Below are positions 17,285 to 26,320 of a stretch of DNA of 49,132 bases, piece by piece. Below the pieces are notes generated by a model, which saw only the letters and a program-made list of their open reading frames with translations, made no database searches and was not told where the DNA came from. The stretch is from Chloroflexota bacterium (GTDB lineage: Bacteria; Chloroflexota; Anaerolineae; Anaerolineales; UBA11858). A program made the position numbers and the translations under genes. The number at the start of each line of letters is the position of its first letter. The stretch's first letter is position 1. The stretch lies in the NCBI GenBank assembly GCA_018263575.1, contig JAANWX010000057.1, forward strand, positions 1 to 49,132. Direction: 5' to 3'.

Positions 17285-17524
17285 ATGAAAATCACGCTAA
17301 AAATGCTGGGAACTTATCGAGAACACCTCCTGCCCAAAGGCGAGAAGGGTATTTTGGAAGTGGATGTTGCCTCTGGCACCACAGTGGGGGAAGTACTTGA
17401 GCAATTTGATATTCCATTGGAGCACCAGAGCGTGATTTTAGTCAACGGCCGCACGTTAGAACTAGATCACGTTCTTAACGACAACGATGTCATTGCCGCC
17501 TTCCCGGCTATGGCCGGTGGATGA
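17285..17524 (+). CDS. MoaD/ThiS-family beta-grasp sulfur carrier with a free C-terminal Gly-Gly
   Basis: 79 aa ending ...AFPAMAGG followed by the stop codon. Confidence 0.8.
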   Translation: MKITLKMLGTYREHLLPKGEKGILEVDVASGTTVGEVLEQFDIPLEHQSVILVNGRTLELDHVLNDNDVIAAFPAMAGG

Positions 17525-17542
17525 GAATAAAGGAGTTACTGT

Positions 17543-19375
17543 ATGAATGGATGGCACGGAAAGATATTGAAAGTTGACCTTGAAAGAAGCACAATAACAA
17601 CCGAGACCCTTGATCCAAAAATGGCCAAAGATTTTATTGGAGGCCGAGGTTGGGCGATTAAGTATCTTTATGAAAACATGGATCCTACCGCGGATGCCTT
17701 ATCGCCGGAGAATATGCTCATCTTTGCGACCGGCCCATTGACTTCGACTCCCGCCCCAACCGGGAACCGCTACATGGTGGTCACCAAGTCGCCGCTTACG
17801 GGAGCAGTCTCCAACTCTAATTCCGGCGGAGAGTTCCCCACATGGATGAAACGCACAGGATTTGATTTGTTTATTTTCACCGGGAAAGCGCCCAGACCGG
17901 TTTATCTGTGGGTCAATGAGGAGGAGATCGAAATCCGGGACGCTGAACACCTATGGGGAAAGGATGTCCACACCAGTACCGATATTTTGCTCGAAGAGAC
18001 GGAACCCAAAGCCAAGGTGGCTTGCATAGGTCCCGCCGGTGAGAATTTAGCCCTCATGGCGGCCATCATGAACGACAAACACCGCGCCGCGGCCCGGTCC
18101 GGGGTGGGAGCGGTGATGGGCAGCAAAAACCTCAAAGGCGTCGTTGTCCAGGGAAAGAAAAAGCCCTCCCTTTTTGACAAGGAAGGCATGCGCGCATTCA
18201 GCCGTGAAATTACCAAAGAAGTCGCCTCGGACGTGAAAGCCGGCTCATCGCTGCACGAATATGGCACAGCTTATGTCCCCCAGGTGACCAACGAATTAGG
18301 GATATTGCCCACGCGCAACTTCCAAAGCGGCCAATTCGAAGGGGTAGATGGGATTGACGGCCCTACCCTAAAAGAGAAATATCTTATCCGCCCCAAAGCC
18401 TGTTACCGCTGTCCCATTGCCTGCGGACGCCTCACCAAAGTGGATGACGCCAAATACAAAGGAGAGGGCGAAGGACCTGAGTACGAAACGCTCTCAGCCA
18501 TCGGGAGTGCGTGCGGGATAGACAACCTTGCCGCGGTGACAAAGGCCAATTATGTCTGCAACGAAATGGGCCTGGACACCATCACGGCGGGAATGACAGT
18601 GGCAACCGCGATGGAAATGTACGAAGAAGGCCTTATCCCCGAAGAAGATATTGGGTACCCGCTGTCCTTTGGAGACCCCGATGCCTTGATTGAATCCCTT
18701 AAAATAATGGCTCATCGAGAAGGCTTTGGGCATATATTAGCCGAAGGAAGTTACCGCATGGCTGCCAAATATGGTCATCCTGAGTTCTCGATCTCGGCTA
18801 AAAAGCTTGAGTTCCCAGGCTATGACCCGCGCGGCGCTAAAGGGATGGGTTTGCTCTACGCGACCTCGAACATCGGCGCCTCTCACATGGCCGGTGACCT
18901 GGCCTACGCGGAAGTATTCGGCGTCCCCAAAAAGATTGACCCCCTCACTATCAAAAACAAAGCCAAACTAATCAAACACTGGGAGGATGCCTTTGCCATC
19001 ATCGACGCTGCTGGCTTATGCGTTTTCTTATCCGTCCGCTATATGTTCAACCCGGAGATTATGATCGCGCCCGATAACCTCACGCAAATTATGAACTTCA
19101 CGACCGGAGCGGATTACAGCATGGAATCTCTCCTGGAGGCGGGAGAACGGATTTATAACTTGGAGAGAATGTTCCTGGTCAGAGCTGGATTCAATAAAAC
19201 TGACGACACGCTCCCCCCCAGAATGCTGGAAGAGCCCATGCCCACCGGCCCGGCCCAGGGAGAGGTTGTGGAATTGGAAGACATGCTGAGTGAATTCTAC
19301 AAACTTCGGGGCTGGGACGAGAACGGCATTCCGACCCCGGAAAAATTAAATGCGTTAGGGTTGAGTGAAGCATGA
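17543..19375 (+). CDS. aor: Tungsten/molybdopterin aldehyde:ferredoxin oxidoreductase
   Basis: 610 aa. The AOR-typical N-terminus is GKILKVDL and the 4Fe-4S ligand motif is CYRCPIAC. Confidence 0.9.
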   Translation: MNGWHGKILKVDLERSTITTETLDPKMAKDFIGGRGWAIKYLYENMDPTADALSPENMLIFATGPLTSTPAPTGNRYMVVTKSPLTGAVSNSNSGGEFPTWMKRTGFDLFIFTGKAPRPVYLWVNEEEIEIRDAEHLWGKDVHTSTDILLEETEPKAKVACIGPAGENLALMAAIMNDKHRAAARSGVGAVMGSKNLKGVVVQGKKKPSLFDKEGMRAFSREITKEVASDVKAGSSLHEYGTAYVPQVTNELGILPTRNFQSGQFEGVDGIDGPTLKEKYLIRPKACYRCPIACGRLTKVDDAKYKGEGEGPEYETLSAIGSACGIDNLAAVTKANYVCNEMGLDTITAGMTVATAMEMYEEGLIPEEDIGYPLSFGDPDALIESLKIMAHREGFGHILAEGSYRMAAKYGHPEFSISAKKLEFPGYDPRGAKGMGLLYATSNIGASHMAGDLAYAEVFGVPKKIDPLTIKNKAKLIKHWEDAFAIIDAAGLCVFLSVRYMFNPEIMIAPDNLTQIMNFTTGADYSMESLLEAGERIYNLERMFLVRAGFNKTDDTLPPRMLEEPMPTGPAQGEVVELEDMLSEFYKLRGWDENGIPTPEKLNALGLSEA

Positions 19376-20886
19376 AAAAACGAAAAGCGCCCCATCTCGT
19401 TGAGAGCATCCCCGGCCCGAACGCGGAAAAATACCTGGCCCAGAATGAGGCCTTCGTCTCCGGATCACTTCCCCACGTCTACCCCTTAGTGGTCAAAAAA
19501 GCACAAGGGTGTATTGTAGAAGATGTGGATGGGAACCGTTACCTGGATTTTGCGTCGGGGATAGCTGTGTGCTCAACCGGTCACTGCCACCCAAAGGTTG
19601 TCGAGGCCATCAAAAGCCAGACTGAGAAGCTGATCCACATCTGCGGGGCCGATTTCTATGATCCCCAATATATTTCTCTGGCAGAACGGCTGGCAAAACT
19701 AGCCCCCGGTGATTCCCCCAAAAAAGTATTCCTGGGGAACTCAGGCGCGGAAGCCGTGGAAGCTGCCCTTAAGTTAGCCCGTTACCACACCGGCCGTTCG
19801 CACGCCATCGCCTTTTTTGGCGCCTTCCACGGCCGCACCCTAGGGGCCGTCTCCTTGACCGCCAGCAAGCCGATCTACCACAAAGGCTTTGGCCCCCTTT
19901 TACCCAGCGTGACCCACGCCCCTTATGGCTATTGTTATCGCTGTCCCTATAACTTGACACATCCTGAGTGCGATTTAGCTTGCGTGGATTACATCGAAAA
20001 CACCCTCTTTGCCCATACAATTGACCCCACGGAAGTGGCGGCTATCTTTGTAGAACCGATTCAAGGGGAAGGGGGATATATTGTGCCCCCTGCGGGTTGG
20101 TTAGCCAAGATTAGGGCGCTTTGTGACCGATACGGCATCATGTTGGTTGATGATGAAGTACAGGCCGGAATAGGGAGAACGGGAAAGATGTTTGCCGCAG
20201 AACATTGGAACGTGGAGCCCGACATTATCTGCTCCGCCAAAGCTTTAGGCTCTGGGATGCCAATTTCCGCCATGATCGCCAAAGAAGAGGTGATGACCTG
20301 GCCCCCGGGCGCGCACGGCAGCACCTACGGGGGGAACCCGGTGGCCTGCGCCGCCGCCCACGCCACCCTCGACGTGATCGAAGAGGAAGGTTTAACAGAA
20401 AATGCCACCCGGGTTGGCGGCGAGCTGGTAAGAAAATTACAAGATTTACAAAAATCGAGCCAACTGATCGGCGATGTGCGCGGATTAGGATTGATGATCG
20501 GGGTTGAACTTGTCACAGATACTATCTCAAAACAAAGGGCTAAGAAAGAAGTCGAAAAAGTGATTCAAGAGAGTTTCCAACGCGGTCTAATCACCCTCCC
20601 CTGCGGCCCAAACACGATCCGCTTTGCACCCCCTCTAAATATCACCGTTGACGAGATGAATGTGGCTTACGATATTTTCGCTGAAGCGTTGGCGTATGTG
20701 GAATCAGAGATGAGTGAGGCGTTGCGTGATCTCACCTCTTCACTCCACGATGTGGCTGTGTCTCCCGACCAGCCACCTGGCACTGACCGCAGGTCTCTAA
20801 ATTATCGAATTAGGCCATCGGGCAATACGGGAGACCTACGGTCGTTTTGGGTGCGCGGTCAGGAGACGCTGCGCACAGCGGGGTGA
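19372..20886 (+). CDS. Class-III aminotransferase (GabT/omega-amino acid type) with a repeat-derived C-terminal tail
   Basis: The start ATG overlaps the aor stop (ATGA). Motifs GNSGAEAVE, DEVQAGIGRTG and CSAKALG are present. The last ~55 codons run through GGTCTCC-family repeats. Confidence 0.85.
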   Translation: MKKRKAPHLVESIPGPNAEKYLAQNEAFVSGSLPHVYPLVVKKAQGCIVEDVDGNRYLDFASGIAVCSTGHCHPKVVEAIKSQTEKLIHICGADFYDPQYISLAERLAKLAPGDSPKKVFLGNSGAEAVEAALKLARYHTGRSHAIAFFGAFHGRTLGAVSLTASKPIYHKGFGPLLPSVTHAPYGYCYRCPYNLTHPECDLACVDYIENTLFAHTIDPTEVAAIFVEPIQGEGGYIVPPAGWLAKIRALCDRYGIMLVDDEVQAGIGRTGKMFAAEHWNVEPDIICSAKALGSGMPISAMIAKEEVMTWPPGAHGSTYGGNPVACAAAHATLDVIEEEGLTENATRVGGELVRKLQDLQKSSQLIGDVRGLGLMIGVELVTDTISKQRAKKEVEKVIQESFQRGLITLPCGPNTIRFAPPLNITVDEMNVAYDIFAEALAYVESEMSEALRDLTSSLHDVAVSPDQPPGTDRRSLNYRIRPSGNTGDLRSFWVRGQETLRTAG

Positions 20887-20928
20887 CCTAATCACCTCCT
20901 CACTCATTACCCCATCACCTCATCACCT
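20745..20928. repeat. GGTCTCC-family mosaic repeat followed by a CTCATCA-type array (same composite as 1449-1683)
   Basis: ctccacgatgtgg, actgaccgcaggtctc, gggagacctacgg and gcgcggtcaggagacgctgcgcac, then cctaatcacctcctcactcattaccccatcacctcatcacct. Confidence 0.75.
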
Positions 20929-20939
20929 GTGGAGACACA

Positions 20940-21860
20940 ATGAAAATAAAATCCATGCCAGAAGCAATCGCTGAATATGTCCATGATGGGGATACTATCG
21001 CCATCGAGGGATTCACGGCCTTTATTTGCTTCTCGGCTGCCCATGAGATCATCCGCCAAAGACGGCGTGACCTCACCCTGTGCCGCATGACGCCCGACTT
21101 GATTTATGACCAAATGGTGGCGGCTGGCTGCGCCCGAAAACTGGTCTTTAGCTATCTGGGCAATCCCGGCGTGGGCTCCCTGCACTGCATCCGCCGCGCG
21201 GTTGAGAAAGGCATCCCCCATGCTCTTGAGATCGAAGAATATTCACATTTTGGGATGGTGAGCCGCTACATGGCCGGCGCGTCCCATCTGCCATTTTTCC
21301 CCCTCCAAAGCTATACCGGGACAGATTTGGATACCGCCAATCCCAAAATACAATATGTAGAAAGCCCGTATGGAAACGGACAAATAGCCGTTGTCCCGCC
21401 CCTCAACCCTGATGTGGCCATCATCCACGCCCAACGGAGCGATGAACTTGGCAACACCCAACTGTGGGGATTGGTGGGGATGCAGAAAGAGGTCGCTTTT
21501 GGGTCAGAACACGTCATCGTCGTCGTTGAGGAAATCGTAGACGAATCGGTGATCCGCAGCGACCCCAACCGCACCCTCATCCCCCACATCACCGTCGATG
21601 CTGTCGTCCACCAGCCCAAGGGAACACATCCTTCCTACGTACAAGGCTACTATGACCGGGACAATCGCTTCTACCTCGAATGGGATAAAATTTCACGAAG
21701 CGAAGAAGAAACCAAAGCCTGGCTCGATGAGTGGGTCTATGGTGTCGAAAATTGGGAAGGATACCTGGAAAAATTGGCCGCAAAAGAACCGGAAATTTGG
21801 AAACGTCTTGCGCCCGGTGAAGCGCTTTCGCAGCCAGTGAATTATGGCGTTTATGGCTAG
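20940..21860 (+). CDS. CoA-transferase subunit A (glutaconate/3-oxoacid CoA-transferase family)
   Basis: 306 aa with a family-typical N-terminus (KIKSMPEAIAEYVHDGDTIAIEGF). Confidence 0.8.
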   Translation: MKIKSMPEAIAEYVHDGDTIAIEGFTAFICFSAAHEIIRQRRRDLTLCRMTPDLIYDQMVAAGCARKLVFSYLGNPGVGSLHCIRRAVEKGIPHALEIEEYSHFGMVSRYMAGASHLPFFPLQSYTGTDLDTANPKIQYVESPYGNGQIAVVPPLNPDVAIIHAQRSDELGNTQLWGLVGMQKEVAFGSEHVIVVVEEIVDESVIRSDPNRTLIPHITVDAVVHQPKGTHPSYVQGYYDRDNRFYLEWDKISRSEEETKAWLDEWVYGVENWEGYLEKLAAKEPEIWKRLAPGEALSQPVNYGVYG

Positions 21861-21899
21861 GCTTACCACAAAGGACTCGAAGTACACAAAGGAAAACTT

Positions 21900-22295
21900 T
21901 TGATGTCTAATTACAAGCCCATTCCAGATAAAGTGGAGCATTTAGGCAAATCACTGCTTGATGCTGCTTTTGAAGTACATACGGTTCTAGGAGCAGGATA
22001 CTTGGAACGCATATACGAAGAAGCTTTATGCCATGAGCTATCGTTGCGGCATGTGCCTTTTGAACAGCAAAAGCCCATTACCGTCCCTTACAAAGATTTA
22101 CGGATAAAGGGACAGCGTCTTGATTTGATCATAGGCGATCTAGTTATTGTTGAACTTAAAGCAGTAGAATCTATTCACCCTATTCATCAAGCGCAATTGA
22201 TGTCCTATCTTAAAGCCACGGACTTGAGGTTGGGCTTTATTCTCAACTTCAACGTGCCACATCTTAAAAACGGTATTAAACGCATTGTTATGTAA
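21900..22295 (+). CDS. GxxExxY-family protein (PD-(D/E)XK nuclease superfamily)
   Basis: 131 aa containing GYLERIY (GxxExxY) and DLIIGDLVIVELKAV (D...ExK). GC is low relative to the flanking CoA-transferase genes. Confidence 0.8.
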   Translation: MMSNYKPIPDKVEHLGKSLLDAAFEVHTVLGAGYLERIYEEALCHELSLRHVPFEQQKPITVPYKDLRIKGQRLDLIIGDLVIVELKAVESIHPIHQAQLMSYLKATDLRLGFILNFNVPHLKNGIKRIVM

Positions 22296-22351
22296 AAAAA
22301 ATTACCACAAAGGGATAAATGGCCACAAAGGAAAACCAAATATAAGTGTTT

Positions 22352-22469
22352 CCTTTGAGTCCGTAGTGTCCTTAGTGGTAACAATCTTCCCCCCTTTGAG
22401 TCCGTAGTGTCCTTAGTGGTAACAATCTTCCCCCCTTTGAGTCCGTAGTGTCCTTGGTGGTAACAATAA
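22352..22469. repeat. Three tandem 41-bp repeats ending at the CoA-transferase B start codon
   Basis: cctttgagtccgtagtgtccttagtggtaacaatcttcccc is present three times (starts 22352, 22393, 22434). It is an inverted relative of ttaccacaaaggactcgaagtacacaaagg at 21863-21892. Confidence 0.85.
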
Positions 22470-23240
22470 ATGACAAATTACTCTTCATCCGAAATGATGA
22501 TCGCATCCTCCGCTAGAGCATTAGCGGGAAAAAAGATGGTTTTTGTGGGCGTAGGGATGCCCAATATCGCCTGCAACCTGGCCCGGCACACCGTTGCCCC
22601 TCACTTGGAATTGGTTTACGAATCGGGCGTGTTTGGCGCTAAACCTGCCCGGCTGCCGCTTTCCATCGGTGACCCGACTTTGATAAGCGGGGCCACGTCT
22701 GTGTGTTCCATGTCCGATTTATTCATGAATTACCTCCAGGGCGGCCGCATTGAAGTCGCTTTTCTGGGAGCGGCCCAAATTGACCGCTATGGCAACATCA
22801 ACACCACTGTAATTGGTGATTATGACAATCCCAAGGTACGCCTGCCCGGAAGCGGCGGGGCTTGCGAAATTGCCACCCACGCCCAAAAAACTTTTATCAT
22901 CGGACGTTTGAAAAAACGCACATTTGTTGAAGAATTAGATTTTAGAACCAGCGCAGGGCACTTGAATAGTAGCCCGAAGACAAGAGAATCTCAAGGTATG
23001 CCCGGTGGAGGTCCCGAAGTCGTTGTCACGGACAAAGCAATCTTCCGTTTTGACACTGAATCAGGCGAAATGACGCTCACCTCCCTCCATCCTGGGGTCA
23101 CGCTGAAAGAAGTTCAGGCTGAGGTAGGATGGCCATTGAAGGTTGCCAGTGATTTAAAAACGACCAGCCCGCCTACCTCTGATGAAATCCGCATCATTCG
23201 AGAAGAATTGGATCCGGATGGCATGTATACATCGAAATAA
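22470..23240 (+). CDS. CoA-transferase subunit B
   Basis: 256 aa. Contains ESG(V/I)FG-type motif YESGVFG and GSGGACEIA. Confidence 0.8.
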   Translation: MTNYSSSEMMIASSARALAGKKMVFVGVGMPNIACNLARHTVAPHLELVYESGVFGAKPARLPLSIGDPTLISGATSVCSMSDLFMNYLQGGRIEVAFLGAAQIDRYGNINTTVIGDYDNPKVRLPGSGGACEIATHAQKTFIIGRLKKRTFVEELDFRTSAGHLNSSPKTRESQGMPGGGPEVVVTDKAIFRFDTESGEMTLTSLHPGVTLKEVQAEVGWPLKVASDLKTTSPPTSDEIRIIREELDPDGMYTSK

Positions 23241-23255
23241 AGTTAGGAGATATAA

Positions 23256-24443
23256 ATGCACGAAGTAGTCATCGTATCAGCAGTTCGGACACCGATTGGG
23301 AATTTTGGCGGCGGATTAAAAAAGGTTTCTGCCGCGGCCCTGGGCGAAGTTGTCGCCAAAGAGGCTATCCGGCGGACAGGATTGACGCCCGACCAGGTGG
23401 ATGAATCTATTTTTGGCTGCGCTCGCCAAGCGGGAATCGGTCCCAACATCGCCCGGCAAATCTCCTGGCGGAGTGGCATGCCGCAAGAAAAGACCGCCTT
23501 CACCGTCAACAAAGCTTGCGGTTCAGGGTTAAAATCGCTCACCCTGGGAGCGCAATCCATCATGTTGGGAGAAAATGACATCGTCCTGGCTGGCGGAGTC
23601 GAGCAAATGTCACAAATCCCCTATCTCTTGATGGATGCTCGGTGGGGTTACCGCCTGGGCCACGACACCCTGGTCGACTCGAACTACCGGGACGGGTATA
23701 TGTGCCCCCTGAGCAAGATGGTCATGGGAGAGACCGCCGACATCCTGGCGGAAGAATACGGCATCACCCGAAAAGAACAGGATGAGTTCACAGTAGAAAG
23801 TCATCGCAAAGCAACCGCCGCCTGGGAATCAGGAGCCTTTGACCCCGAAGTGGTGCCAGTCGAGACAAAAGGGCGCAAAGGAAAAGTCATTATCATTGAC
23901 CGCGATGAACGCCCACGGTCCAAATCCACAGTGGAAAAACTGGCCAACCTGCGAACCGTTTTCCGTGATGTGGAGGAGGGCGGTACCATCACCGCCGCCA
24001 ACGCCAGCGGCATCACCGACGGGGCCGCGGCCCTCATCTTGATGGGGGCCGACAAGGCCAAATCTCTGGGAATAGAACCCATGGCCCGGATCGTGGGATT
24101 CGCCAGCGCGGGGGTACGCCCCGCTCGGATGGGTCTGGGGCCCGTCCCCGCCACCCACAAAGTGCTGGATCAAACCGGCCTCACTTTAGATGACCTTGAC
24201 CTCATTGAACTGAACGAGGCCTTTGCCGCCCAGGTACTCACAGTCGAAAAAGAACTCCAGTGGGATGTCAATCGGCGCAACGTAAACGGCGGCGCGGTGG
24301 CGCTGGGTCATCCCACCGGCTGCACCGGGGCGCGCATTGTGGTCACGCTCGCGCACGCCATGCAGCATCGGGATGTTGAACTGGGCCTGGCAACGCTGTG
24401 CATTAGCGGCGGTTTGGGAATGAGTCTAATTATCAAGCGTTAG
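23256..24443 (+). CDS. Acetyl-CoA acetyltransferase (thiolase II)
   Basis: [10 protein letters not shown] (active-site Cys), [11 protein letters not shown] and CISGGLG. Confidence 0.9.
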   Translation: MHEVVIVSAVRTPIGNFGGGLKKVSAAALGEVVAKEAIRRTGLTPDQVDESIFGCARQAGIGPNIARQISWRSGMPQEKTAFTVNKACGSGLKSLTLGAQSIMLGENDIVLAGGVEQMSQIPYLLMDARWGYRLGHDTLVDSNYRDGYMCPLSKMVMGETADILAEEYGITRKEQDEFTVESHRKATAAWESGAFDPEVVPVETKGRKGKVIIIDRDERPRSKSTVEKLANLRTVFRDVEEGGTITAANASGITDGAAALILMGADKAKSLGIEPMARIVGFASAGVRPARMGLGPVPATHKVLDQTGLTLDDLDLIELNEAFAAQVLTVEKELQWDVNRRNVNGGAVALGHPTGCTGARIVVTLAHAMQHRDVELGLATLCISGGLGMSLIIKR

Positions 24444-24537
24444 TTATAGGAGTCGCTCAAGCTGGATCGCCAGATCCAGCGGGCTAAAGCCGGAGGAACT
24501 GGCGTTCCTCCTCTAGCTTGCATAAAGGAGTGAATCT

Positions 24538-25893
24538 ATGAGCAATTATGTTCATCCCCACGGGCACGTTTTCTATCGCCGCATGAGCCACCTGCACCCC
24601 ATGATCCAGCGCGGTGAGGGAGTCTATCTCTACGACAGCGAGGGCAAACGCTACCTAGACGGCTCTGGGGGGCCGATGGTAGCAAATATCGGGCACGGCG
24701 TGGAGCGCGTGGCAAAGGCCATGGCAAAGCAAGCCTCGCAGGCGGCCTACATTCACGCGACGATGTTCACCAGTGAAGCTATTGAAAAATACTCCACCGC
24801 CCTAGCGGAAATTACCCCCATCCCGGAGGCGCGTTTTTATTTTCTATCCAGTGGCTCAGAAGTCATAGAGGCAGCCATTAAATTAGCCCGGCAAGTGCAA
24901 TATGAACGCGGAAAAACCAGCCGTTATTTACCCATATCGCGGTGGCAATCTTACCATGGCACTTCGATGGGAGCCTTGGCGGTGGCGGGCAAACCCAAAA
25001 TGCGCTCACTTTTCAAGCCTATGTTCAAGGATTACCCGCACATCCCACCCCCCTATTGTTACCGCTGTCCCTACGGTCTGGAGCATCCAGAGTGCGATTT
25101 GCGTTGCGCGACCGCGCTCGAAGGTGAAATCAAAATACAAGGTACTGAAACTATATCTGCTTTTGTGGCTGAACCCATCAGCGGCGCAACTTTGGGAGCC
25201 GCTGTTCCCCCTCACGGTTATTGGCCCCGCATCAGAGAAATTTGCGACAAGTACGAAATTTTGTTGATAGCGGATGAGGTGATGACGGGCATGGGGCGGA
25301 CTGGGAAGTGGTTCGCTATGGAGCATTGGGGCGTCGAAGCGGACATCCTCACCATGGGCAAGGGCACGGTGGGGGGATATTTTCCCTTGGGGATTGTGGC
25401 GACCCGGGGGGAGATCGTCGACCACATCGCGGCGGGGACGGGTGATTTCGTCCATGGGGGGACGTACTCGCACCACGCGGTGGGGGCCGCGGCGGGGCTG
25501 GGGACTCTCCACCATATCCAAGAAAACAAGCTAGTCCGAAACATGCCCCAAAGAGAACGCAGCCTGGAGCACGCGCTTCGCACCCATCTGGGCGACCTGG
25601 AATGTGTCGGCGATATTCGAGGCAAGGGCCTTATGTGGGGCGTAGAGCTGGTAGCGAGCCGAGATACCAAAAAACCTTTTGATGCCAATGCCCATTTTTC
25701 GCGGCAAGTGGCTGATGAAGCTTTTGAGCGCGGCTTGATCATCTATCCTGGCAGCGGCTGCGTGGACGGTGTGTCGGGCGATTTGCTGATGTTTGGGCCT
25801 CCCTTTGCTATTAATGATGAGCAAATAGAGGAGATGGTTTCGATTGTTAGGGAAGTGATTTTCCATGTTTGTGAAGCGCAGCGGATGTACTAG
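24538..25893 (+). CDS. Class-III aminotransferase (omega-transaminase-like)
   Basis: AAAGGAG lies upstream. Contains SGSEVIEAAIKLAR, DEVMTGMGRTG and TMGKG (PLP Lys). Confidence 0.85.
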   Translation: MSNYVHPHGHVFYRRMSHLHPMIQRGEGVYLYDSEGKRYLDGSGGPMVANIGHGVERVAKAMAKQASQAAYIHATMFTSEAIEKYSTALAEITPIPEARFYFLSSGSEVIEAAIKLARQVQYERGKTSRYLPISRWQSYHGTSMGALAVAGKPKMRSLFKPMFKDYPHIPPPYCYRCPYGLEHPECDLRCATALEGEIKIQGTETISAFVAEPISGATLGAAVPPHGYWPRIREICDKYEILLIADEVMTGMGRTGKWFAMEHWGVEADILTMGKGTVGGYFPLGIVATRGEIVDHIAAGTGDFVHGGTYSHHAVGAAAGLGTLHHIQENKLVRNMPQRERSLEHALRTHLGDLECVGDIRGKGLMWGVELVASRDTKKPFDANAHFSRQVADEAFERGLIIYPGSGCVDGVSGDLLMFGPPFAINDEQIEEMVSIVREVIFHVCEAQRMY

Positions 25894-26037
25894 AAACCAT
25901 TCATTTTTCCAGTCACTCATGAGGCTGCCGCGTCAGCCAGGCTCAAAACCCGAGCCTAGTCTCCTCGCAACGACATCTCTTTGGATCTTTTTCTAAATGC
26001 GTTTGCCCTGCTCAGTGATGAAGTGATGAACCACCAC

Positions 26038-26066
26038 TTGACATTAAGGGCAACCTTTGGTATGTT
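26038..26066 (+). promoter_or_regulatory. Candidate strong sigma70 promoter
   Basis: TTGACA, a 17-nt spacer, then TGgTATGTT. Confidence 0.45.
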
Positions 26067-26091
26067 TAACTGACTTCTTATTGTATCTAGA

Positions 26092-26320
26092 AAGTCTCAT
26101 CCCTCAATGGGGAGTTAGTGAAGATTATCCAGCAGAGTTTTGCTCTGGATTGGGATGAATTGGAAGAGGAACTGAACGCAGTGGCAGTTTCCGTTTTGTT
26201 TAATAGGGGGGATATTACCGTCGCTGGTGTATCGCGTACTCGTATCTTTTCACAAAAGAATGGCTCGCGAAATTGGCAGAGTTGACTGGTAGTTTATGCA
26301 AGCAACTTTCCGTCAATAGG
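26092..26320 (+). pseudogene. Possible C-terminal remnant of an IclR-family regulator (frameshifted, no N-terminal HTH)
   Basis: My translation reads ELVKIIQQSFALDWDELEEELNAVAVSVLFNRGDITVAGVS, then in another frame EWLAKLAELTGSLCKQLSVN. This resembles the IclR effector-domain end. Confidence 0.35.
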
